Positions 9,695 to 18,996 of a stretch of DNA of 64,000 nucleotides are shown here, in pieces. The notes beneath the pieces are model-generated. The model searched no databases, was not told where the DNA came from, and saw only the letters and a program-made list of their open reading frames with translations. Position numbers and translations under genes: made by a program. The stretch spans positions 6,183 to 70,182 of the forward strand of contig JBBQRR010000010.1 of the NCBI GenBank assembly GCA_038214655.1, written 5' to 3'. The DNA comes from Bacteroidia bacterium. GTDB lineage: Bacteria; Bacteroidota; Bacteroidia; B-17B0; Aurantibacillaceae. Each line of letters starts with the position of its first letter. Positions within the stretch are counted from its first letter, which is position 1.

Positions 9695-10246
9695 TTACGT
9701 TATTTCGCGTTTTTTAACAGCTACGGCGGGATTGCCCTGGTAAATGGTGTATTCTTCTAAATCGGAAGTTGCAACTGATCCTACAGTTAAAACAGAGTGC
9801 GTGCCGGCGGTTACACCCGGACAAACAGTTGACTTTGCGCCTATCCATGCGCCTTGTTTGAGAGTAATATTACCTACCATTAAATCGAAAGTGGTTTTTT
9901 TATAATCGTGATTGCCGCATAAAAGAAAAGCGCCCTGCGAGATGCAAACATTATCTTCAATAACTACATCTCCCAAATTGTCTATCCAAACTTTTTCGCC
10001 AATCCAAACATTATTGCCAATGGTTAAGCGCCAGGGGTATTTTATATTTACGCCGGGTTTTATAATTACGTTTTTACCAATTTTTGCGCCAAAAGTTTTT
10101 AACCAGAAAATTTTTACCCCGTTAAACGGAAAAGAAGATTTAAAATAGCAGGCATTTACACAATACCACACAAAACGTGTAAGCGAACCTCTTCCGGGCT
10201 TGTACCAGCTATTATTAAAAGAAGATAAATCGCTTTGCTTGCTCAT
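9695..10246 (-). CDS. wcaF: WcaF-like hexapeptide-repeat O-acetyltransferase
   Basis: IKYPWRLTIGNNVWIGE...CISQGAFLLCGNHDY. Confidence 0.85.
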   Translation of the reverse strand: MSKQSDLSSFNNSWYKPGRGSLTRFVWYCVNACYFKSSFPFNGVKIFWLKTFGAKIGKNVIIKPGVNIKYPWRLTIGNNVWIGEKVWIDNLGDVVIEDNVCISQGAFLLCGNHDYKKTTFDLMVGNITLKQGAWIGAKSTVCPGVTAGTHSVLTVGSVATSDLEEYTIYQGNPAVAVKKREIT

Positions 10247-10274
10247 TTACAGGTACGAATATACGAATAAGCCT

Positions 10275-11873
10275 TTACTCTTTAATAAGCCTTATTCTTT
10301 TATCCTGAATCTGCACAATGTAAATTCCTGAAGGAAGTTTTCCGATATCGATTTGTTCTTGCAGGTTTTTGCTTTTTATTTGGAGAACGGTTTCGCCAAG
10401 GGAGTTGAAAATTGAGATTGTGCCCAATTCGCTGACCCCTTTAATATTTATAAAATTATTTGACGGATTAGGGTAAATATTAGGAGTCTCATTTTCAATT
10501 TTATTGCTTATACCATTTAAACTTCCATGAATTACATTTAAATAAATCATAGAAGCAGTTGAACGATATAAATAATTATTTTTGCAATACATTGCTGAAT
10601 CTCCACAAGAGCCAAAAGCTGTAACACAAATATTATACAAGCCTGAAATTGAATATGTATGACTGGGATATAGTCCTAAAGAACTTGTTCCATCGCCCCA
10701 ATACCATCTAGCATTTGTTGTATTACTTGTATAAAACGATTGCGCACTCCACACTTGTGGTCCATTCATAACCAACATGTAATTTACTCCGGGTGCACAA
10801 TTAGTGGCAACAGAACAACTGTATGAATTGCCTGCCCCACACAAAGGATAAGCGAGAGCTACTGTATCCATTACGCTAATATAGTTAGGCAGACAATTAA
10901 ACGGATTCGCTGAAATATCAAAATAAGCAGAAGATACAAGTGTATTTGGGAAAGTTGAAAAACAAGAAATACTATTGTTATTACAATACAGCGCATAAAG
11001 TGCTGTTGGCAACACTGGCAAATTTGTTAACTGATTATTTTGGCAATTTAAATACCCTAAAGCAGATGGTAAGTTTGGTAAAGTTGTAAGTATATTATCG
11101 CGACAATGAAGAAATGTAACAGTATTTGGTAATGGAGGTATTGAACTTATTTGATTACCAAAGCACACAAGATAAATAAGAGCATTGGGAATATTAGGGA
11201 AATAACTCAGATTATTTCCACTACAAATTAATGTATCGATAGAATTTGGCAAAGATGGTAACATAGTTAAACTGAGTCCGGAACAATCCAAATAAGTAAG
11301 GTTTGCTGGTAAAATAGCAGGCAAATTAATGCCATAGTTAGATGCACAAGCTAAATGCTTTAATACAGAAGGCAAAGCAGGTAAAACAGGTATTTGATTT
11401 AGTGAACAATTTAAATATTTAACTGCAGGAGGCAAAGCAGGAAGACTCAATAATGTCTGAGTATAATTCATATCATGATTATAATAACAATCTAAATAAA
11501 CTAAAGTACTCGGCAAATTAGGCAAAGTAGTTAACTGATTTTCCGCACAAATTAGGGTATCAAGCCCTATAGGAAGTTTAGGTAGATAAGTAATTGCATT
11601 CATACTAAAAGGGCCGCCGTAATTACCGAAATCCAAAGTTTTTAATCCGTCAAAATACTGAACGCCTGTTAAATCCGTAATACTAGCGTTTTCCAAAATA
11701 AGAGAAGCTCTTAATGTTACTGCGGAATTAGTTGTATCCATTTGATTGCCGCTTATTGCAGAAGGTATATTAGCTTGCAACCAAGTAACAAAATTTGCAT
11801 CCGGTATTGTTACGAATTGTGCTTTGAGGTTTAATGTGCAAACAACAAAAACAAAAATTATTAGTTTTTTCAT
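10275..11873 (-). CDS. T9SS-secreted leucine-rich-repeat (LPX-type) + PKD domain protein
   Basis: About 20-aa repeats L.C..N.LT.LP.LP..L; PKD motif WYWGDG...PSHTY; CTD IYPNPS. Start MKKLII at 11873 is supported by a minus-strand TATATTTG box at 11892-11899. Confidence 0.85.
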   Translation of the reverse strand: MKKLIIFVFVVCTLNLKAQFVTIPDANFVTWLQANIPSAISGNQMDTTNSAVTLRASLILENASITDLTGVQYFDGLKTLDFGNYGGPFSMNAITYLPKLPIGLDTLICAENQLTTLPNLPSTLVYLDCYYNHDMNYTQTLLSLPALPPAVKYLNCSLNQIPVLPALPSVLKHLACASNYGINLPAILPANLTYLDCSGLSLTMLPSLPNSIDTLICSGNNLSYFPNIPNALIYLVCFGNQISSIPPLPNTVTFLHCRDNILTTLPNLPSALGYLNCQNNQLTNLPVLPTALYALYCNNNSISCFSTFPNTLVSSAYFDISANPFNCLPNYISVMDTVALAYPLCGAGNSYSCSVATNCAPGVNYMLVMNGPQVWSAQSFYTSNTTNARWYWGDGTSSLGLYPSHTYSISGLYNICVTAFGSCGDSAMYCKNNYLYRSTASMIYLNVIHGSLNGISNKIENETPNIYPNPSNNFINIKGVSELGTISIFNSLGETVLQIKSKNLQEQIDIGKLPSGIYIVQIQDKRIRLIKE

Positions 11874-11971
11874 GTCTTGGATTTTGTATACCAAATATAA
11901 CTAAAAACAGTAATTTTATCTAAGCAGTTTTGTAACTGGCTAGCTTTTGGCAATAAGTGGTCGATTTCGGC

Positions 11972-13336
11972 TTATTTCTGTTCCAAATCCAAATTCTCAT
12001 CACCCGCTTGATAAGGTAGATAAGAAAAAATAAATTGAAACATCTCTTCGGTGGTGCCCATGCTGTATAAATCGTTGCGCTCTTTTATTTCGCGCGGCGG
12101 ATGGAACGGGTTATTGGGATTTTTATCGGTATTATCGTACGCGCCGTAAGCGTAAATCGTGCTGCCCGCGGGAATTTTTACAGGATGCTTGTAGGTATAA
12201 TAATACTGCCATTTAAAATCCCATTGATTAATCCGTATTAAACGAATGGTATCTCCGTTTGGCTGTATGGCAAAGGCCAAAAAAGTTTTTCCCAGTAAAT
12301 GCATATGCGGGTTCACCGATACAATAGAAATATCCTCGCGTGTTGTCCAGTGACTGCTGTAGCTTGAGATTTTATTGGCAGGAATATCAAATTTAGGCTC
12401 AATAGGTGCGATACCAAAAGTACCGAGCTGTGATTCTTTAAGTGGACGAACAGGCCTTGGGCCAAAAAACACATTAATCACCGAAGAGTCGGTGGCATCT
12501 GCCTTGCTGGGCCCGTAATGCAGGTTTTTTAAAAGTATGGCCCCTTTCTGTTTCATAAAGTAACCGCCAATACCGTTGGGATAAACCTGCGGCAAATAAC
12601 CTGGCAAATAATAAACTGTATTGGGCAGCATCGGCGGAAAAGTGCCGTCGTCATTGGCCAGGCCCATTTTTATGTAAACATCATTTTCCAATTTAGGATT
12701 ATCCTGCCAATAAGATATTCCTTCAAACACATTTTTCTTTTTCCCATCTTCAAAACCTATTAGGTGACCGTTTACGTGATGCACCAATTTGCGCTGTTGC
12801 GGCACAAATTCGTAGAACAAAACAAAAGTGTCTTTCTTCATCTGGTACGGAATTTTTACCATATAAAAATTATCCGTGCCGTTTCCTTTAATGGGCACTG
12901 CTTCACGAAAAGGTATAACTAAATCGGGCTTACCAAAAAATGAACCGGTAAAAAATTCGGGAGCTTTTAATTTAGAAGTATCACCGGGCGCACAACCCTG
13001 CTCTACCCAATTTTTAATTTTTAAAATTTCGTTGTCGCTTAGGCCACGCTCTTTTACAAAATGGCTGTAGCTTTTATCGGCCGGCCAGGGCGGCATGTAG
13101 CGCGTGGATGTAACAAATTTTATTTTATTGGCGTTCTTTTTTGCATCCCGGTAATTTAGCAGCGTAAAAGGGCCTGCCTCACCGGTACGGTGACAAGGGG
13201 TACAATTTTTAAAAATAATTGGTGCGATATGTTCCGCAAAATTGATCGGCGAATTATCTTCCTGCTTTTTATCTTCTGTATTTGTACAGGAGAAAAAAAA
13301 CATTGCGCTGATAAAAAAAATAATTACATTTTTCAC
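11972..13336 (-). CDS. Lipoprotein: c-type cytochrome motif fused to copper type II (PHM/DBH-like) monooxygenase
   Basis: Lipobox FFFSC; CTPCH; VHH, LHYG, PHMH and EEM motifs correspond to PHM Cu ligands. Confidence 0.75.
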   Translation of the reverse strand: MKNVIIFFISAMFFFSCTNTEDKKQEDNSPINFAEHIAPIIFKNCTPCHRTGEAGPFTLLNYRDAKKNANKIKFVTSTRYMPPWPADKSYSHFVKERGLSDNEILKIKNWVEQGCAPGDTSKLKAPEFFTGSFFGKPDLVIPFREAVPIKGNGTDNFYMVKIPYQMKKDTFVLFYEFVPQQRKLVHHVNGHLIGFEDGKKKNVFEGISYWQDNPKLENDVYIKMGLANDDGTFPPMLPNTVYYLPGYLPQVYPNGIGGYFMKQKGAILLKNLHYGPSKADATDSSVINVFFGPRPVRPLKESQLGTFGIAPIEPKFDIPANKISSYSSHWTTREDISIVSVNPHMHLLGKTFLAFAIQPNGDTIRLIRINQWDFKWQYYYTYKHPVKIPAGSTIYAYGAYDNTDKNPNNPFHPPREIKERNDLYSMGTTEEMFQFIFSYLPYQAGDENLDLEQK

Positions 13337-13400
13337 TTAAACAAAAATACTAAAATCTGCGTTTACTCTAATCAGCAGCGGCATCCCTGTTCCATGGCTG

Positions 13401-13673
13401 TTACTCTTTAGAATTTAAAGGCTGCTCAATTTCTTTGGCCTTTTCCTCAATAACATTAGCCTGCTTTTCCATTTCCTGCTTTATGCTATTGGCGCTTTCC
13501 TGTATATCGCGCTGTATGCCTGCGGTGGCGTCTTTAAACTGACGAATTCCTTTTCCTATATTGCGCATTACTGTAGGCATACCTTTACCGCCAAATAAAA
13601 GAAGTACTGCCAAAAACACAATGAAGAGCTCTCCCCCGCCTAAAAAATCAAACAACAACAGTACCGTCTTCAT
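13401..13673 (-). CDS. tatA: Twin-arginine translocase TatA/E subunit
   Basis: LGGGELFIVFLAVLLLFGG...MRNIGKGIRQFK. Confidence 0.92.
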   Translation of the reverse strand: MKTVLLLFDFLGGGELFIVFLAVLLLFGGKGMPTVMRNIGKGIRQFKDATAGIQRDIQESANSIKQEMEKQANVIEEKAKEIEQPLNSKE

Positions 13674-13674
13674 C

Positions 13675-13806
13675 CTAAAAATTTTTGTTTTTACGAAACT
13701 TAACTAGCGTATAAATTCCTAAAGCAAACACAAGCGCTACAATGGCGATGATAAATATCTCGCTTCCGCCTATTTGATACATACTGTTTTCTGCTGCTAA
13801 TAACAT
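13675..13806 (-). CDS. Unannotated 43-aa single-TM protein with TatA-like N-terminus
   Basis: MLLAAENSMYQIGGSEIFIIAIVALVFALGIYTLVKFRKNKNF; starts 6 nt after the iscS stop and ends 1 nt before the tatA ATG. Confidence 0.7.
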   Translation of the reverse strand: MLLAAENSMYQIGGSEIFIIAIVALVFALGIYTLVKFRKNKNF

Positions 13807-13812
13807 GCTGAA

Positions 13813-14958
13813 TTATTTAGTTACCGTTTCCTTAATTTTCAAAATCTCCTTCAATTTAGCCACCACAAAATCAATTTCTTCTTTGGTATTGTATTTACAA
13901 AATGAAAAACGAACCGATGCCCTATTCATGTCAATTCCCAAACCACGCAATACATGCGAGCCCTGATTGCTACCCGACGAACAGGCGCTTCCGCCCGAAG
14001 CCGCAATGCCCTGTATGTCTAAATTAAATAATAACATCTCGGCATCTTCGCTCGGCGGCAAATGAACATTGAGCACCGTATACAAACTATGCTCATCAAT
14101 TTCGCCATTAAACTCAACACCCGGAATATTTTTGCGCAATTGCTCAATCATATAATTCTTTATGCCTCGAATATGATTTTGATGTTCAGTCATTTCTTTA
14201 TTGCAAATCTCAAAAGCTTTTGCAAGGCCCACAATTCCATAAACATTTTCGGTTCCGCCGCGCATGTTACGCTCTTGCGCCCCGCCTGTTATAAGTGGTT
14301 TTAACTTTATTTCGTGGTTGATATATAAAAATCCAACTCCCTTAGGGCCGTGAAATTTATGTCCGCCGCAAGTTACCATGTGCACTTTCATAGCGCGTAA
14401 ATCCATTGCAAAATGTCCCATGGTTTGCACCGTATCGCTATGAAAAATGGCTCCGTACTTTTCGCAAAGCTCGCCCACTTTATTAATCGGCAATAAAGTT
14501 CCTATTTCGTTATTAGCGTGCATTAGCGACACCAACGATTTTGAATTTGTTTTAAGTAATTCCTCCAAATGTGCCAAATCAACATTGCCTTTTTTATCAA
14601 TGTTTACCCAGCTTAATTTTATTTTTCCTTCTTTTTCAAGTTCGCGCAAAGTATGTTCAACCGCGTGATGTTCTATTTTAGAAGTTATGGCATGTTTAAT
14701 TCCAAAACACTCGATAGCTTTTACAATGGCCATATTATCCGCCTCGGTTCCGCCCGAGGTAAAAAATATTTCGGCAGGAGTAACATTTAAAAGTTTTGCC
14801 ACCGTTTTACGTGCAATTTCTATAGCCGAACGCGTTTTACGCCCATATCCATGAATAGAAGAAGGATTCCCAAATTCTTCTTTCATATAAGGAAGCATCG
14901 CCTGCAAAACTTCATCATCCAGGCGCGTAGTAGCGGCGTTATCTAAATAAATTTTCAT
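13813..14958 (-). CDS. iscS: Cysteine desulfurase (IscS/NifS family)
   Basis: YLDNAATT; GHKFHGPKGVG (PLP Lys); SGGSACSSGS. Confidence 0.95.
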   Translation of the reverse strand: MKIYLDNAATTRLDDEVLQAMLPYMKEEFGNPSSIHGYGRKTRSAIEIARKTVAKLLNVTPAEIFFTSGGTEADNMAIVKAIECFGIKHAITSKIEHHAVEHTLRELEKEGKIKLSWVNIDKKGNVDLAHLEELLKTNSKSLVSLMHANNEIGTLLPINKVGELCEKYGAIFHSDTVQTMGHFAMDLRAMKVHMVTCGGHKFHGPKGVGFLYINHEIKLKPLITGGAQERNMRGGTENVYGIVGLAKAFEICNKEMTEHQNHIRGIKNYMIEQLRKNIPGVEFNGEIDEHSLYTVLNVHLPPSEDAEMLLFNLDIQGIAASGGSACSSGSNQGSHVLRGLGIDMNRASVRFSFCKYNTKEEIDFVVAKLKEILKIKETVTK

Positions 14959-15042
14959 TTGTTGTGTTTTGTTTTTTCTTTGCCAAATGGAATTCGCTCT
15001 CCGTTTTTTCTGCTTATGTGAATTTTTTTTCGTCTCATTTCA

Positions 15043-16530
15043 TTAATTAAAACTTACTTGTTGAACAAATTTAAGCGTCTTTTCAATTTCGTTGTACATT
15101 AATTTATCATGATCTATAAACGAAACTTTTTTACGATAAGCGGCAACCATTTTTTCAATAGTAGGAGAAGATTTTAAGGGCCTTCTGAACTCCAATGCCT
15201 GCGCCGCAGTAATAAATTCTATAGCCAACACTTTATAGCTATTCTCAACCACTTTATAACATTTTGTAGCCGCGTTGGCACCCATACTTACGTGATCTTC
15301 TTGCCCGTTACTGCTAACAATGCTATCAATAGATGCCGGCGTACAAAACTGTTTACTCTGACTAACAATAGATGCAGCGGTGTACTGCGTTATCATCAAT
15401 CCCGAATTAATACCTGCGTTTGCCACTAAAAACGGAGGCAAATTGCGTGCACCAGAAATTAATTGATAAATGCGTCTTTCAGAAATACTTCCTAATTCGG
15501 CAATGGCCATTGCTAAATAATCTAATGCAAGTGCCAATGGCTGTCCATGAAAATTTCCTCCCGAAATAATTTCATCGCTCTCCGGAAAAATAGTGGGGTT
15601 ATCGGTTACCGAATTAATTTCTGTTTCAATTACTCCAACAACATGCCTTACTACATCTTTGGTAGCGCCGTGTACCTGAGGAATACAACGAAAGGAATAC
15701 GGATCCTGAACAGTTGTTTTTTTTGCAGCGGTAATTTTACTTCCTTTTAAAATATCTCTTACTGCTTTGGCAGTTTCTATTTGTCCTTTATGCGGACGTA
15801 TATTTTGCAGAGCTTCGCAAAAAGGTTCAATTCTTCCAAAAAATCCATCCAAAGAAAGCGCTCCTGTAAAATCGGCCAGTTTATTTAAATGATTTGATTT
15901 TAGTAAACACCAAACCGCGTACGCACTCATAAATTGTGTGCCGTTTAATAGTGCTAAGCCCTCTTTTGATTGAAGTTTATGGGCTTTTAATTTTAACGTT
16001 TTATAGAGTTGCTCAGTAGCAATTTTTTTTCCTTTATAATAAACTTCGCCCAAACCAATAAGCGGCAAAGTTAAATGTGCCAATGGAGCCAAATCGCCGG
16101 AGGCGCCTAAAGAACCTTGCTGATAAATAACCGGTAAAATATCATTGTTATAAAAAAACAACATACGCTCGGCAGTTTCTATACTCACTGCCGATTTACC
16201 ATAAATAAAATTACGGATTTTAAGCAGCATCATTATTTTAACTACCTCCTGCGGTACTTCCTCCCCCATTCCGCAAGCATGCGATTTTACAAGATTTTCC
16301 TGCAACTGCTGCAAATCTTTTTGTGGAATAATTACGTTACACAAAGAACCAAAGCCGGTGTTTATGCCATAAATTAATTCTTTTTTTGAGGATAATCTTT
16401 TATCCAGATAAGCGCGGCAGTTTTTAATATTTTTTACAGCCTCTGCAGAGAATTCAAGCTTCTCGTCGGATGCAATAATTTTTTCTACATCGGCAAGGGT
16501 AAAATACTTCTTTGGGTCAAATAAAAACAT
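15043..16530 (-). CDS. hutH: Histidine ammonia-lyase
   Basis: YGINTGFG; MIO motif GSLGASGDLAPL; QDPYSFRCIPQV; GGNFHG. Start at 16530 is supported by a minus-strand TATCTTTG box at 16535-16542. Confidence 0.95.
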   Translation of the reverse strand: MFLFDPKKYFTLADVEKIIASDEKLEFSAEAVKNIKNCRAYLDKRLSSKKELIYGINTGFGSLCNVIIPQKDLQQLQENLVKSHACGMGEEVPQEVVKIMMLLKIRNFIYGKSAVSIETAERMLFFYNNDILPVIYQQGSLGASGDLAPLAHLTLPLIGLGEVYYKGKKIATEQLYKTLKLKAHKLQSKEGLALLNGTQFMSAYAVWCLLKSNHLNKLADFTGALSLDGFFGRIEPFCEALQNIRPHKGQIETAKAVRDILKGSKITAAKKTTVQDPYSFRCIPQVHGATKDVVRHVVGVIETEINSVTDNPTIFPESDEIISGGNFHGQPLALALDYLAMAIAELGSISERRIYQLISGARNLPPFLVANAGINSGLMITQYTAASIVSQSKQFCTPASIDSIVSSNGQEDHVSMGANAATKCYKVVENSYKVLAIEFITAAQALEFRRPLKSSPTIEKMVAAYRKKVSFIDHDKLMYNEIEKTLKFVQQVSFN

Positions 16531-16648
16531 GGCAACAAAGATAATTATTACTTTCCTGTTACGGGTGCATTTTAATGGCTTAATTAGCTTTTGTTCGTTG
16601 TTTTTCACTCTTTTTTTATATAGATTTGTTGATTAAGTTGATAAACTG

Positions 16649-17698
16649 ATGAAATTCAAAACCCTTCTCTTTTTTACAGTCTTTTGTGTGTTACCCGCCT
16701 TGTTCTTTGGGCAAAAAAAAACTGAGGCGCAAAAAAAATCCGTTAACATTAAAGTAAAAGCGCCCGAGCAATATTACAGCGAGTCGGGTATTCCGCTTAG
16801 AGTAGAAGAAAAACGCGATACAAAGGGCCAGCTTATAGAAAAAATTTTTTACCGCCACCGTAGCACCCCAAAAAGTGATACAATTAACGAAAAGCAATTG
16901 TATACCAACGGTAAAATATCGGAAACACAGTATTATACCGGCGCAGGCAAACTATCTTTTGCAACAAAATATAACGCCGAAGGAAAAGAGGCTGAAACCA
17001 CATTTTATGAAGAAAACGGCGAGATACATGATAAAAGTGTTTATACAAATGGTGGCAACGGAACTTCAAAAACGGCACGATACGGTAAAGGAGGAATTCT
17101 GGAATCATTAAACACCACCGATCAGGACGGAAGGCAGCTGGAAAATATTTCTTACAGCAAAGACGGCACAATAAGAAGCAAAGAAGTTTGTCAGTACGAC
17201 GGACGAATGGAATCCTGCAAGCAAAGCGAATGCTTCACGTATAACAGTAAAAATACGCTTATCCGAAAAGAAATTTACAGTTACATAACCAAAAGAAAAG
17301 AAATCACCAGCTATTTTAGTTCGGGCAAAATTGAAAGTTTTAAAATTTATGAAAACGCATATACCGGAAACGGAACTGTACTTGAAGTAACAAATTATAC
17401 CGAGGACGGAAGTTACAGCAAACAAACCATGCAGCAGTTTAAAGAAAAAGATTATGTTTCCTCAAAGGCTTCAGAAATTAATTCGTTTGATGCTACCGGA
17501 AAATTATTGAGTAAATGGGTTGCGAAATATGACGCTACCGGAAATACTTTAGAGAATTCCGTGTATGATGCAGGCGGAAAATTGTATTACAAGGACACAT
17601 TTAAAAATGATGAAAAAGGTGTTGCCGTAGAAATTATACGCAACAAAGCCGATGGTACAACCGAAATTATGATGAAAGATGGGAAATACATTAAATAA
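16649..17698 (+). CDS. Secreted YD/MORN-variant repeat protein
   Basis: Signal peptide; recurring Y(D/N)..G motifs such as YDATGNTL and YDAGGKL. Confidence 0.65.
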   Translation: MKFKTLLFFTVFCVLPALFFGQKKTEAQKKSVNIKVKAPEQYYSESGIPLRVEEKRDTKGQLIEKIFYRHRSTPKSDTINEKQLYTNGKISETQYYTGAGKLSFATKYNAEGKEAETTFYEENGEIHDKSVYTNGGNGTSKTARYGKGGILESLNTTDQDGRQLENISYSKDGTIRSKEVCQYDGRMESCKQSECFTYNSKNTLIRKEIYSYITKRKEITSYFSSGKIESFKIYENAYTGNGTVLEVTNYTEDGSYSKQTMQQFKEKDYVSSKASEINSFDATGKLLSKWVAKYDATGNTLENSVYDAGGKLYYKDTFKNDEKGVAVEIIRNKADGTTEIMMKDGKYIK

Positions 17699-17847
17699 AC
17701 AAACTTTTCTCCCAAATTCAATCGTCGCACCGCATTCAGGTTTGTTAAAGCGTAAAAATGTCCTTTCGGGCTTGTCTTTAGTGTATAGAAATTAAGTCAA
17801 TTCTTAGTTTTTCATTACCAAATATGTATCTTCGTAGTCCATTATTT

Positions 17848-18990
17848 ATGAGCACAACAAGCGTAAAAAAAATCCAGATGGTAGACCTTAAAGGTCAGTA
17901 CCAAAAAATTAAGCCGGAGGTGGATGCGGCTATACAGGAAGTAATTGATAACACTGCTTTCATAAACGGACCTGCTGTTAAGGAATTTCAGGCCGATTTA
18001 GAGAAATACCTTGGCGTAAAGCATGTTATTCCCTGTGCCAATGGCACAGATGCCCTGCAAATTGCAATGATGGCCCTTGGTTTAAAACCGGGCGACGAAG
18101 TTATTACAGCCAGTTTTACCTACGTGGCTACTGCCGAAGTTATTGGCTTATTAGGATTAACTCCCGTTTTGGTGGATGTTTATCCCGATACTTTTTGCAT
18201 TGATGTAAAGGCAATCGAAAAAGCTATTACTCCAAAAACAAAAGCCATTGTGCCCGTGCATTTATACGGGCAGTGCGCCGATATGGAAGCGATTATGGCT
18301 GTTGCCAAAAAAAATAATTTATTTGTTATTGAAGATGTGGCCCAGGCAATGGGCGCCGATTATATTTTGAATAACGGTTCAAAAGTAAAAGCCGGTACAA
18401 TTGGAACGATTGGCTGTACTTCTTTTTTTCCTTCTAAAAATTTAGGTTGCTATGGCGATGGCGGTGCCATTTATACCAATGATGAAGCTTTAGCAGCAAA
18501 ATGTAAAATGATTGCGCATCACGGACAAAGCGTACAATATGTACACGATGTTTTGGGTGTAAATTCGCGTTTGGATACCATTCAGGCTGCTGTCTTAAAA
18601 ATAAAATTAAAACATTTGGATGCGTATGCTGCTGCGCGTAATAAAGTAGCGGCTCATTACGATAAAGCTTTTGCCAATCATTCTAAAATTAAAACTCCGT
18701 TTCGCGTAAAAAACTCAACGCACGTTTTTCATCAATACACTCTGCAATTAACGGGTGTTGACAGGGATAAGCTTCGCGAGTTTTTAGCAGGCAAAGATAT
18801 TCCAAGTATGATTTACTATCCTATTCCATTACACATGCAAAAGGCTTATACCAGTCCGCAGTATAAAGCGGGAGACTTTCCGGTTACCGAAAAATTGTGC
18901 GCTTGCGTTTTATCATTGCCCATGCATACCGAGTTAGACGAAGAAACATTAACGTATATTAGCAATTCTGTTTTAGAATTCTGTAAATAA
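17848..18990 (+). CDS. DegT/DnrJ/EryC1/StrS family sugar aminotransferase
   Basis: CANGTDALQIA; SFFPSKNLGCYGDGG; NSRLDTIQAA. Confidence 0.95.
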   Translation: MSTTSVKKIQMVDLKGQYQKIKPEVDAAIQEVIDNTAFINGPAVKEFQADLEKYLGVKHVIPCANGTDALQIAMMALGLKPGDEVITASFTYVATAEVIGLLGLTPVLVDVYPDTFCIDVKAIEKAITPKTKAIVPVHLYGQCADMEAIMAVAKKNNLFVIEDVAQAMGADYILNNGSKVKAGTIGTIGCTSFFPSKNLGCYGDGGAIYTNDEALAAKCKMIAHHGQSVQYVHDVLGVNSRLDTIQAAVLKIKLKHLDAYAAARNKVAAHYDKAFANHSKIKTPFRVKNSTHVFHQYTLQLTGVDRDKLREFLAGKDIPSMIYYPIPLHMQKAYTSPQYKAGDFPVTEKLCACVLSLPMHTELDEETLTYISNSVLEFCK

Positions 18991-18996
18991 TCTATT

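Noticed and set aside
16649-17698. RHS/YD polymorphic toxin
   Set aside because: No RHS core terminator motif, toxin tip or adjacent immunity gene; it is short and has a Sec signal.
17699-17823. Possible tRNA or ncRNA upstream of degT
   Set aside because: Only a tiny GTCC-TTTC-GGGC hairpin is visible; no cloverleaf or T-loop consensus.
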